From Octopus sinensis (lineage: Eukaryota), in assembly GCF_006345805.1 (NCBI RefSeq), contig NC_042997.1, positions 178,560,001 to 178,624,000 of the forward strand: DNA of 64,000 bases, given 5' to 3'. Below, piece by piece: positions 51,627 to 64,000 of this stretch. Within the stretch, counting starts at the first letter, position 1. Every line of letters starts with the position of its first letter. The position numbers and the translations under genes were made by a program. Under the pieces are notes generated by a model. That model saw only the letters and a program-made list of their open reading frames with translations, ran no database searches and was not told where the DNA came from.

Positions 51627-52441
51627 TACTCCACTAAAGAGAAGAAAAGAAAAAAACAGACAGAGAGAAAGAAAAAACTCGAGCTCTAAGTATTCTGTTT
51701 ATGCTTTATATTTATGAAGTCATTCCCCTTTTTTGCTTGCATTTCATTGTTTGTTTCAATCTACCCATGTTCAAGCCGATCCTCATTTGTATCGAACATC
51801 AACTTACCAATCGGTGGGATGGGTGTGTGGTAACCCACAAACACTATAGATACAGGTCCTATTTTCACTTTCCCTCTTTCTCCTTCTCTGGTTAAATAAT
51901 AATATTAACAAAAAGTATAAGCTGTGCTAGTACCTTTGAATCGAAATTCTCCTTTCAATTTTTTTAAAAAATAACACCATAGGGCTTGACACAACTAGCA
52001 ACAGACGTTAGTTGAAGACAATCAATAATTACACGTTTTAATCGATTATGTTAATGGATACTTAGTTTAAAACTACGCACGAAACGCAGTTTTAAACTAA
52101 TGTATTCATTCTTTGATTAGATTGAAACATTAACAAAAAACATAGAGGTGATGGCGGAGGAGTGTGTACTGTTCGTCTTCAATGGAATTTGTTGCTGTCA
52201 GAAATAATCAGGAGTAACCCCTGCAGTAACTGGTCAATATAGAAAATAAATAGAAAATAAGAAAAGATTTAAACAAGGACTAAGAGGATGATAAATGATT
52301 ATATAGAGGACACATCGATGAATAGACTCCATATCTAAATACATATATATATATACAGTCATGCATACATACATAATACATATATATATGCATATATATA
52401 CATACGCACACACATATATACGTATAATATATAATATATAC

Positions 52442-52492
<51 letters not shown>

Positions 52493-52634
52493 AAGTAGTA
52501 AATATATATACAGCCCATGTAGTCATGTTGACATATACATACATGTATATATAAGATATATGTATGTATATATGTATATATAAATATATATATATATGTA
52601 TATATAATATATATATATGTATATATTATGTATA

Positions 52635-52701
<67 letters not shown>

Positions 52702-52784
52702 TGTAAATAGACGTATATGTGTGTGTATATATATATATATTATATATATATATATATGTTAATATATCTATCTATCTATTCATT

Positions 52785-52817
<33 letters not shown>

Positions 52818-53050
52818 GTTTGTATATTAATTAGAAAAAAGTACCTGAGAGAGTACAGTGAAATTACTTTGACGAGTGGAATATCCAGCGTTTCGAACAA
52901 AGTCTTTCTTCCCGGTAAAAACGGAAGAAGAAGGGATATAACGAAATACAGCAGACCGCCCCTAATCTCCTTGAATTCATATGAAATATATATTGTTATG
53001 TATGCGGTCAACTAATGCACTCATGCCTAATGACAAAATACGTAGACATA

Positions 53051-53471
53051 TAGGCGCAGGAGTGGCTGTGTGGTAAGTAGCTTGCTAACCAACCACATGG
53101 TTCCGGGTTCAGTCCCACTGCGTGGCATCTTGGGCAAGTGTCTTCTGCTATAGCCCCGGGCCAACCAATGCCTTGTGAGTGGATTTGGTAGACGGAAACT
53201 GAATGAAGCCTGTCGTATATATGTATATATATATGTATGTGTGTGTATGTGTTTGTGTGTCTGTGTTTATCCCCTCCAACATCGCTTGACAACCGATGCT
53301 GGTGTGTTTACGTCCCCGTCACTTAGCGGTTCGGCAAAAGAGAGAACCGATAGAATAAGTACTGGGCTTACAAAGAATAAGTCCCGGGGTCGATTTGCTC
53401 GACTAAAGGCGGTGCTCCAGCATGGCCGCAGTCAAATGACTGAAACAAGTAAAGGAGTAAAAGAGTAAGAG
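53051..53471 (+). mobile_element. Full SINE family A
   Basis: GGCGCAGGAGTGGCTGTGTGG...GGTTCAGTCCC head through a GAGTAAAAGAGT tail. Confidence 0.92.
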
Positions 53472-54102
53472 TATGATGCAACCACAGAGAAGCCCACCAA
53501 AGCTTGCATCTATATATTTACTGTATCTATTTGTCTTTCAATAATACAAATGAGATTTTCTGATTAATTGACGCCATCTTAAATTGAAATTATTTATTTA
53601 AAAAATGTATAACTTTATAAAACTGTAATCGAACGGTATGTTTGATGAAACGTGTCATTAATCTAAATTTTGTGACATTTTTAATAGTGATTTTCACAAA
53701 TAATTATTCGTGAAAAACTTAATGTATTTCCGAGAAATACAGAAGAGATTTTTACACATTAAAATTTAGAAGATGTATGATATTGTGATTCGTTATACTT
53801 AGTTTTCAAGAGAACGGCAATATTTATCGCTATGATAGAGACTTCTGGAAGTTAGACAGAAAGGAGAAGAGAGAAAAAGGGAGAGAGAAAGAGAGAAAGA
53901 CAGAGAGGAACAGATAGTCATATACACTTCGAGATGGCTAGAAGACACAACTGGGAGACGTATGTCATAAACATTTACGGATCAGAAGCGAAAGTGATAT
54001 GTTTTTCATTTCTAGATATTAACAACGCAAATCATACCAACATGTCAATGTAGTTGTCAATACAAATGATTATTTGACACTGTGTGTCGGCATATATATA
54101 TA

Positions 54103-54140
<38 letters not shown>

Positions 54141-54238
54141 TATATATATGCGTGTGTGTGTATGTGTGTTTATATATATTCGTGTGACGGCATATGTGTG
54201 TGCGTGTGTGTGTTTATATATATCTTTTCATCTTTCAA

Positions 54239-54480
<242 letters not shown>

Positions 54481-54707
54481 GTACATCTGCATGTCCGTAA
54501 CAATAGGTATCTTGAGAATGCATTGCATATGTAGATTATATATTTTCATTGCGACTGTTCAATGTACAATTCCTTAAATTGTTGCATTAGCTTCATCTCA
54601 ACAGAATATATTAAATAGTGTCAGAAGATTCTGTATTGAGATGAAACTGTTGATTCCTTGAGAGAAACTGTACTTTCGCTTCCCTTATATAAAACATACG
54701 TGTAAGC

Positions 54708-54742
<35 letters not shown>

Positions 54743-54998
54743 GAAACCACACACAAACGGTCAGAAACACACACACACAAACTGGGATAAGGGTATTACG
54801 TTTGAATTGTTAATGGTACCAATTTGGAAAAGAAGACAAAACACAACATAAATTCTTGTTTTACTGAAACCATCTTCACTTCGAGCGAATGAAAGTAAAC
54901 ACCTGGTGGCAACTCTGATCGAATCTGAATAAGAAAGGGAGATAATTTCGAGAGACAAATATTAAGAATGAATATATGGCAAAATGACCATTCCGAAT

Positions 54999-55105
<107 letters not shown>

Positions 55106-55624
55106 AAGTTTATTTACATAAATATACGCATATAGATATCTATAAAAACATTTATATTCCAACCCCAACTTCATACGTAAGTCAATGCATGAAGCCCAAG
55201 CAATGAAATTCCTGCATGCCTAAATAAATACTTACATACGAACAGATACATATGTACGTACATACAAACATGCATGACCACATACGTACATGCGTACACG
55301 TACATACATGCGTACATACATCATTCATCCATCCGTCCAGCCAGCCTGCCAGTCAACGAGCTAACCAGCAAGCCATACATACATCATGCACAACTGCTTA
55401 GTTGTTATTGTCTAAATGTCAAAAATGTCAAAGGAAGAGCCTTAGGTCTGTGTTGGAACCCTGCGTTATTTTCTTCAGGCAAGAAATTTCAAAAATAAAA
55501 TCACAGGAACATGCATGGCATTTAAAAATAGACATAGCTTTACTAAGGAACAACATGTAGCTCTTCTCCATTGCTGTTATGTAAATTTCTTTGATAGATT
55601 TGTTCCTTTGTCAAGAAAAAGGAA

Positions 55625-55727
55625 GCCGACGAAGTCGACTCTGCCTTTTATGGTTTCGGGGTCGATGTAATTGACTTACCCTGTCCCTCAAAATTACTGG
55701 CCTTGTGGCAAAACTTGAAATCAGTAT
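55625..55727 (+). mobile_element. SINE family B 3' part, diverged
   Basis: GCCTTTTATGGTTTCGGGGTCGATGTAATTGAC...CTTGTGGCAAAACTTGAAA. Confidence 0.65.
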
Positions 55728-55749
55728 ATAAACTATTTATCTATATATA

Positions 55750-55801
<52 letters not shown>

Positions 55802-55939
55802 TGTGAAGGTGTGTGACTTAGTGGTAAGGGTGTTCAGCTCATGATCGCAAGGGCACTCATGTCTGTGGAGTGGTCAGTCACTTGCATATTAATTTCACGA
55901 GCAGGCTGGAAACCTCGTGGTTGGAACCGACGGTGTGCC

Positions 55940-55970
<31 letters not shown>

Positions 55971-56006
55971 ATATATATGTATATATATAACTGGCAACTA
56001 TTATAT

Positions 56007-56078
<72 letters not shown>

Positions 56079-56350
56079 CATATATATACATATGTTAAAA
56101 TAACCATTATCGGTAAACTTGTACAAACATTCTTTAATTTTGAGCATAATTATAAATAGGGTCCAGCAGAATTTGCTTCACCACATACTGAAATTTAGAA
56201 ATAGCAGTTAAAATTCTATTTTATTAACATAAGATGTCTCCCATTCAGCAATACTCTACAGTCCACGAAGGTAAAGAGAAAACAATAACGAATCCACCCT
56301 GCTTTGATTAGTTATATACACGTTATGCTCATAATTCTGGAATTTTTTTT

Positions 56351-56385
<35 letters not shown>

Positions 56386-56884
56386 CTGGCATTCCGTCAG
56401 TTACGTGCTAGACACAATGTTTGGTGGCACTTTCCTGCACATTACATTTCTGAATTCAAATGCTTCCACAGTCAACTTTTGCCTTTGATCCTTTCGAGGG
56501 TGAAGAGAGGAGGGTGCGATAAAATAATGTATTAGTGGAGCACTCGCCTTGATGTAATCGATTTACCCCTACACTGAAACTTAATGGCCGTGTGTAAAAG
56601 CCAGAAATTATAATAAATAAATATATATATAATATATAATAATATATACATATATATATGAATAAGTATATATTCGTCTTTCAATAACACAAATGAGATT
56701 TTCTGATTAAGTGACGCATCTTAAATTGGAATTATTACCTAAAATTGTATAACTTTATAAAACTTTAATCCAACATCTCATTAATCTAAAGTCTGTGACA
56801 TTTTCAATGGTGAATTTTTACAAATTACTTGTGAAATGCTTATATATTTTCGAGAAATAGAGAAGACATGTTTATCTATAATCG

Positions 56885-56947
<63 letters not shown>

Positions 56948-57654
56948 ATACACACACACGCACACACACACACATATGTATATATATATGCACACACAAA
57001 TATGTATCTTTACATGCATTATACACACACACATGTAATTGAAAGCTACATCTAAAGGCGCGGTGTGCTAGCAAATGCGGCGATTGTGGTAGAACAGTTT
57101 CATACTCAATTTTTTTATTTCCGACGTGGTAAGACAATCTTCAGAACTCCAGGTGGGCCAGAATGCCGAGTTAACGTACTTTATGTAGAAAAGAAACAGG
57201 AAATATAGACGGTATCCGTGCTTTGTGCATTAATACCGACAATATTTCGTGTGTTCCTTGCATACATAATTTCCGTTTAATACAGTTGATGTATCAGAGA
57301 AATACTAATCATATATTTATTATTTACCAAATAACTACGCGTTTGTTAGTCATAGTGGCAGATATACATGTAAACTTGATCATCTAGTAAATTATACCAA
57401 TCTGTTGTGTAGGCTTGAATCTTGACTAGTTTTAAATCTGTTAACTAGCCTTATATCTGTTGACTAGCTATGCTAAAAAATAGAAAAACCTGACAAAACT
57501 GTTTTCCCTAGCTCTGCAAAGGACCAGACTTTCTGAAAAGAACTCTCAATAATCTGCTTTCATCGATTCGAGTGAATCCGTAGTCTCTTGCCATGCAATT
57601 TGAACTAGATTATACCGTATAATACTATTTTTCTCCTTGGATAGCAGCTGTTAT

Positions 57655-57850
57655 TTGTGTTTGAACCCCACGTCCACTTGACAACCGATGTTGGTGTCCT
57701 TACATCCACGTAACCTAGTGGTTCAACAAAATATTCCGATCGAATAAGTACCAGGCTTTACAAAATTAAGTTCCGAGGTCGTTTCATTCAATTAGAATTC
57801 TTCAGTGCGGTACCCCAGCATGGCCGCAATATAGTTACTGAAACAGGTAA
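57655..57850 (+). mobile_element. SINE family A 3' part, diverged
   Basis: TTGACAACCGATGTTGGTGT...ATAAGTACCAGGCTT...CCAGCATGGCCGC. Confidence 0.75.
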
Positions 57851-58464
57851 AAGTTAGCAGATATACGTTGTAGCCTCTGGAATATACAATTTTACCTGAA
57901 TTGGAAAGATGTGATAATGTGAACAGATCCAGGTTATGCTTGAAAGTAATAAGAAATGGATTTCGAATTAGGTACAGGTAACTTGAAATTTAAGTAGCTT
58001 GAAGTCTTTACTCCGGGTGTTTCCCCTTAAACTATGGCAATCCAGGCAGTGAAAACTATATTCCTTGTTTTTCGCATATTCACCAAACTGACATATCTAT
58101 ACTAATGAGATTCTCCGAAAATTAGGGTTGTAAAAATTCGCCAAAGATAACCCCAAAATATCCGTGCAACACGTGCGTAAAACTACAAATGGCAGTGGAG
58201 CGAATTCTGAACTTATCTTTTACACTTCCACAACACACACTAATACAGACATGCATATATACATACATAAATACATATATATATATACATACATACATAC
58301 ATACATACTACATACATACATACATACATACATACATACATACACACACACACATATATATATATATATACAAAATAAGAAAATGGAGAAATACATCTAA
58401 ATCAAATATCAATTACCAGATAATACTCAATCACATACTTTATTACAACCCCTATCTCAATTTG

Positions 58465-58547
<83 letters not shown>

Positions 58548-58760
58548 TAAAAATGGTAAGATAACAAAAGAATGAATGAGACCTCAATATTATGTAAATA
58601 GAGGAATTTATCCATAAATGTAATATGTGACAATTATTCGGTAGCCATGATAAAACTCCGACTTTCGGGGCATCCAAGACTCGGAGTATTATCATGGCTA
58701 CCGAATAATTGTTACATGTTATATATATATATATATCTGCATTTATATCTTTATCTGTAT

Positions 58761-58975
58761 AGCTGGCAGAATCGTTAGCACGCCGGGCGAAATGCTCAGC
58801 GCTATTTCGTCTGTCTTTACATTCTGAATTCAAAGTCCGCCGAGGTCAACTTTGCCTTTCATCCTTTCAGGATCGATAAATTAATTACCAGTTGCGTACT
58901 GGAGTCGATCTAATCGACTGACACCTTACCTTAAAACTTCTGACCTTGTGCCTAGAGTAGAAAAGAGTATCTATA
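58761..58975 (+). mobile_element. SINE family B monomer
   Basis: Head, central block and CTTGTGCCTAGAGTAGAAAAGA tail. Confidence 0.88.
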
Positions 58976-59299
58976 ATTGTATGTGTGCGCAGTGCATATT
59001 ATTGTTCATACACACACACACACAAAAAAAAACATCAACAATTGCGATGGCACGAGACAATACCTGACTGGTTCCTATTTCCTCGATGCCGAGATCCCGA
59101 AAGGATGATAGGCAAAGTCAACTTAGGCCAAATTTGAACTAAGAACGTTAAGGGTCATTAGAGTCATAAGAAATACTCTGCTAATGATTCTGCAAGTTTA
59201 CCGCCATAATAATAGTCTCTCTCGTGGAAGACGACGTATGAGCATTCAGCTTTTTGCCGAACGAGCTGTACAAATGATTTGTTTATAGTCATCAAAGAT

Positions 59300-59511
59300 A
59301 TGTGCAGCACATTAGCTCGCCCTCTCCATGAAATCGACGTTGTTTGAACAGGTGTACGGTGTACCACGCGTCAGGTATCCAAGTAATCGTACAGAGCAAC
59401 GCGAGATGAAGTGTCTTTGTTTAAGAATACAACACACCACTAGGTGTAAAGACTGAAATCACGATCGCTAGATCATGGGTGCATCGCCCTAACCGCTAGG
59501 CCATGCGCCCT
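59300..59511 (-). mobile_element. tRNA-derived CORE-like SINE (family D), diverged
   Basis: Minus strand reads GGCGCATGGCCTAGCGGTTAGGG...ACAAAGACACTTCATCTCGCGTTGCTC. Confidence 0.65.
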
Positions 59512-59611
59512 TAATAACATCATCATCATCATCATCATCATCATCAACAACAACAATAACAACAAACAACAGCACAACAACAACAACAACAACAACAATA
59601 GTTGTTAAAGA

Positions 59612-59817
59612 TTTTTGCCACAAGGGCAGCAATTTTCGGGGAGGGGATGCGTCAATTACATCGACCCCAGTGTTCAACTGGTACTTATTTTATCGACCCC
59701 GAAAGGATGAAAGGTAAAGTCGACCTCGGCGGAATTTGCACTCAGAGAGTGGCGACGGGCGAAATATCGCTAAGTATTTCGCCCGGCGTGCTAACCATTC
59801 TGCCACATCGCCGCCTT
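59612..59817 (-). mobile_element. SINE family B monomer
   Basis: Family B central block and head; the head abuts (ATT)n. Confidence 0.85.
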
Positions 59818-60204
59818 AATAATGATAATAATAATAATAATAATAATAATAATATAATAATAATAATAATAATAATAATGATAATAATAATAATAATAGC
59901 CATCACTGCAACAGCAACTCACATGGGTCTTCAATAATTGTTTACTCAGAGTTTTGCGTAGCCGCTCTTCAAAAGAACATAATACTTTTTTTTTATTTAA
60001 TACTTTTAAGTTAAAAGTCGTGTTTTAAGAGGCGGCAAGACAGTAAACAACATATGAAAAGCCACTAATTCTAATGTTCTCATCGTCGTTATTGTTGTTG
60101 CTCTTCTTCTTCTTCTTCTTCTCCTCCTCCACCTCCTCCTCCTCCACCTCCTCCTCCTCCTCCTCCTCCTCCTCCACCTCCTCCTCCTCAATATTAAAGT
60201 GACA

Positions 60205-60400
60205 GCCGGCAGAATCGTTAGCATGCTGCACAAAAAGTTTAGCGGCATTTCGTTCATCTTAACTTTCTGAGTTTAAATGCTGCTGAGGTCGATCTTCCAT
60301 TTCAACTTTTCGGCATCAATAATATAAATCCCAGGTGAGCACTAGGACCATGTTATCATCTTGCTTCCTTCCCCATGTGCTTTTTGAGCTTTAGCAGAAG
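60205..60400 (+). mobile_element. Diverged SINE family B
   Basis: GGCAGAATCGTTAGCA...CTGAGTTTAAATGC. Confidence 0.65.
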
Positions 60401-60433
60401 GGATTACGATCATTATTATTATTATCATTGTTA

Positions 60434-60978
60434 TTGAGTGAGAGAGCAATACATCCCATCAAAGTGAAAATGGGGTAAAATATACGAAGTCCAGTATACC
60501 TATCATGATTACCTATCTGATAAGGGTACACCAGGCACATGCATCACAACCATATGTGCGTGACATGGTGATCTCATATCAAGATAAACAGCACATGACC
60601 TTGCAGGTGGGGCCCAATTAGAATTTTCTTCTGGTCGAGTAACCCATCCCGCTCAAAATGTCCCTGAATAAGGGTTGCTTAAGGATGTTGAACGAAACAC
60701 TCATGTTTCCAGAGTTGAATTATTCAAACCCCGAAGAATCCCTCTCAACACATGGCCATGATGCTCCCCCACTACTTCTGCTCGTGATCAGAGATGCACA
60801 TATCGTCAGCCACTAAGGGACATAGTCAACTGGTTAAGGTCAAACAAATGACAAGCAACTCTGTAATATTGAGCAGAATATTTGCTGCAGCCCATCTTTT
60901 ATAGCAAGACAAAACAATATACATGATAACACTTCCAATCAGTTAAGATGAGAAGCCATGAAAGCCACTGCCTGGTAC

Positions 60979-60979
<1 letters not shown>
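60434..60979 (-). mobile_element. Near-full copy of the 560-bp (TAA)n retroposon
   Basis: Reverse complement of 17683-18240 lacking ~12 nt at the 5' end; (TTA)n on both sides. Confidence 0.88.
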
Positions 60980-61019
<40 letters not shown>

Positions 61020-61039
61020 GCATTATTATTATTATTATT

Positions 61040-61700
61040 GTTGTAGACATCGCACGGTATACAATATCGTGAGGTTGTTGATTGAAGACATTGTGTCTAC
61101 TGGGGGTTTGTACTGTTTGTCAAGTCGCAACAAGAACATCAGACAGATAGTACTTTACGCAATATGTGTACAGTTCCAAGTAATGCCGACTTTTGGATAC
61201 ACCTAGATTGTAGGGTATTTCTAATGTTTTCAGATGTTTTTTCAGATTGGGTGATATTGAACCCAATGCTCCGATGACAATAGGGATAACCTTCATGTTT
61301 GACTCTCGTATCAGATACATCTTAGTGATCTTAATTCTCAGGTTTCCATATTTATCAACCTTTTCTTTTTTCATGATGATATGTTGATCTCCTGGCACTG
61401 CCACGTCAATTACTAGGCACTCTTGTTTGCTCCACATAAAGGTTACTATATCCAACCTTCGGTGCTCTAATATCTGTCTGTCTGTCTGGAAGCCAAAGTT
61501 CCAGAGGATTTTTGTCTTCCCCATTTCGTTTATTATCTTTTCCTGTGTTTGTTGGTACAAAACACCCGTAGCCTCACATTCATACTTACTGCATTGTAGC
61601 CAGTGGAGGTCCTGGGATACCTTGTCGTGTCTACGCTTGTACTCTTTCTGCGCAAGACTTTCAGAAGGACTAACAATATGAGTCATGCTTTCGACATCTG
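61040..61700 (-). mobile_element. 5'-truncated R4/Dong-like LINE (second TAA family)
   Basis: HIVSPSESLAQKEYKRRHD, KILWNFGFQTD, RRLDIV...LVIDVAVP (RLE), KVIPIVIGALG and QKSALLGTVHILRKVL*; (TAA)n on both sides. Confidence 0.9.
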
Positions 61701-61703
61701 TTG

Positions 61704-61803
<100 letters not shown>

Positions 61804-61813
61804 TATTATTATT

Positions 61814-61858
<45 letters not shown>

Positions 61859-61864
61859 ATTATT

Positions 61865-62265
61865 AAGGCGGCGAGCTGGCAGAAACGTTAGCGCGTCGGG
61901 TGAAATGCGTAGCCGTATTTCGTCTGCCGTTACGTTCTGAGTTCAAATTCCGCCGAGGTCGACTTTGCCTTTCATCCTTTCGGGGTCGATTAAATAAGTA
62001 CGAGTTACGCACTGGGGGTGATATAATCGACTTAATCCATTTGTCTGTCCTTGTTTGTCCTCTCTGTGTTTAGCCCCTTGTGGGTAGTAAAGAAATAGGT
62101 ATTTCGTCTACCGCTACGTTCTGAATTATAATTCCGTCGGGGTTGACCTTATATCTCACCTTTACGGAATCGATAAAATAAATAACAACCGAGTACTGGG
62201 CTCAATGTAATCGATTTAATCTGCAACCAAAAAATTTCTGGCCTTTACCAAAATTCGAAACGAGT
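61865..62265 (+). mobile_element. SINE family B, tandem long form
   Basis: Head preceded by ATTATT; tail AAAGAAATA followed by an older copy starting GGTATTTCGTC. Confidence 0.9.
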
Positions 62266-62664
62266 TTATTGAAAGGTGGTTGAAAGTTGCGAAAATGGCA
62301 AGAGTGGATGGTACCTCTCTAAGTGTAGACCTGTGAATCGGAGTAAGAGAATTGGAAGGGCACTTGCCTCTCTCTTGGTGCTCAGGGAGATCTTGGACAG
62401 TAGGGTTCATTATCCCTAAACATCATCCTGTTTCAGGAGGACTGCATTTCTATCACCATACCCCAGCTGTTTTAAACCTTTGTATATTATGTATGTTTCC
62501 CTTCCTTTTCATTGTATACCGCGTATACTTACTCCATTTTTTGTTATTTATTTTATCATTTCATTATATGTAAGATCTAACACTTTATGTGTTTTTGTAT
62601 TGTCACTCCTCATCCTTCGCCCTGGTTGCAAATAAATGAAATTATTATTATTATTATTATTATT

Positions 62665-62731
<67 letters not shown>

Positions 62732-62733
<2 letters not shown>

Positions 62734-63099
62734 GAGTGAGAGAGCAGTGTATGCAATCAAAGTGACACTGCGGTACAAATATACGAAGCCCAATATACCG
62801 ACCATGTCTACCCATCTGATAAGAGTATACCAGGGACATGCATCACAACAATATGTGCATGACACGGTCATCTTATATCAAAGTTAACAGCGCATGACCT
62901 TGCAGGTGGGTCCCAGTTAGAATTTTCTTCAGGTCGAGTAGATTATCCTGCTCAAAAGGTCCCTGAATAAGGATTGTTTAATTATGTTAAACAAAACACC
63001 CATGTTTCCTGAGGCGAATTATTCAAACTTCAAAGAATTCCTCTCAACACATGGCTATGATACTCCCCCACTACTTCTATTCCTGATCAGAGATGCATA

Positions 63100-63100
<1 letters not shown>
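62732..63100 (-). mobile_element. 5'-truncated copy of the 560-bp retroposon
   Basis: Retains the CTCTCTCACTCAA(TAA)n end and stops after ~370 bp. Confidence 0.85.
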
Positions 63101-63155
<55 letters not shown>

Positions 63156-63156
<1 letters not shown>

Positions 63157-64000
63157 GTGATGAAAACTCACAACTTATTTTGCTAGGTATGGTGATAAGT
63201 GTCAGCTGTCCACAGCCAGCAGAGTAAGGTGACACTTGTTTACCGGTCTTGCTTCAAGAACTCTGCTAAGAATTTTTGCATTTCCAAGCAATATTAATTT
63301 TCTGAGGTGTTCTACCTTCACACTTGCACCAATCTTTTTTAGTCATGTTGGTAGTCGACTGCTGATATTTACAAGTGCATCAAGTACCTATTGGTATCAT
63401 GTCTATTCTCTTCATTCACCACAAACTTCGTATTTCCCATTTCAAATCGTCATAGTTGTTTATTTTCTCTTTTTCACGTTGATCCTGTTGTCACCGGAGC
63501 ATGCTATGTCTATTATCATGCATGTTCTCTTTTATTCACCACAACAAACATCCGGTTTCCGATGTCTGGTCAGGTGATCGCGCTGTATCATTGTATTCCA
63601 CAGGATTTTGCAATTCTCTTTCTCAGTGATTCCTTCTGAGATTTTCTCATACTACGTCTTTGTTCTTTGTAGGCCGCGATTTCTACAGAGCTCCCAATGG
63701 ATCATCCTTACCACATTATGATGGCGTCTTTTATATTCGTGTTGTGTCAATTTCGGGCACTCACTAAGGATGTGCCATACCATTTTACCACTCTCACCAA
63801 ACATTGGTCCTTAATGTTTGTACTTGAGCTACGTATAAGAGTACTTCTGTCTCTATCTTCAGGTCACTCTTCTTCATCCATAGCCAGCGGTCCTCTGTAT
63901 CTGCCTTCACGTTCACATCTCTTGCAATCTGACCGTGCTTTTTACCCCTTCCATGCTTTTTCTTTTTTGTGTTCATTTCTTGCTCAAATTTTTCTTTCAT
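63156..64000 (-). mobile_element. R4/Dong-like LINE 3' portion, continuing beyond the window
   Basis: KHGQIARD...WLWMKKSDLKIETE, CKILWN...RHRKPDV, MIIDIACSGD and KWEIRSLW; 3' UTR homologous to 35070-35156; (TAA)n tail. Confidence 0.9.

Noticed and set aside
53051-53125. tRNA gene
   Set aside because: This and similar heads continue into SINE bodies and do not form a complete cloverleaf.

Overview
AT-rich eukaryotic DNA, very probably Octopus (inferred from the SINE families and the extreme microsatellite density). It is intergenic or intronic; I find no supportable host protein-coding exon, tRNA or rRNA gene, or CRISPR array. Almost all long ORFs in the track are translations of microsatellites. 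The window is a dense archive of transposon remnants: two Penelope-like element (PLE) families with C-terminal GIY-YIG, a decayed Chapaev3-like DNA transposase, a 5'-truncated Tx1/L1-clade LINE carrying two internal minisatellite expansions, several R4/Dong-like restriction-like-endonuclease (RLE) LINE families, CR1 and RTE fragments, about 25 tRNA-derived SINE copies of 3-4 families, a Helitron, a Helentron-like element and two MITEs. The most interesting pattern is a set of microsatellite-associated retroelement partnerships: (i) a ~560-bp non-coding (TAA)n-tailed retroposon with polarised 5' truncations next to R4/Dong LINEs; (ii) an RLE LINE family tailed by (CATA)n rather than (TAA)n, sharing one array tail-to-tail with a zinc-finger RTE; (iii) a SINE whose tail resembles the Tx1 3' UTR, which recurs in tandem with older copies of its own family and is fused to the Tx1 copy; (iv) a TSD-bounded 747-bp bipartite RTE derivative. 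Clade names come from motif recognition by eye and need database confirmation.
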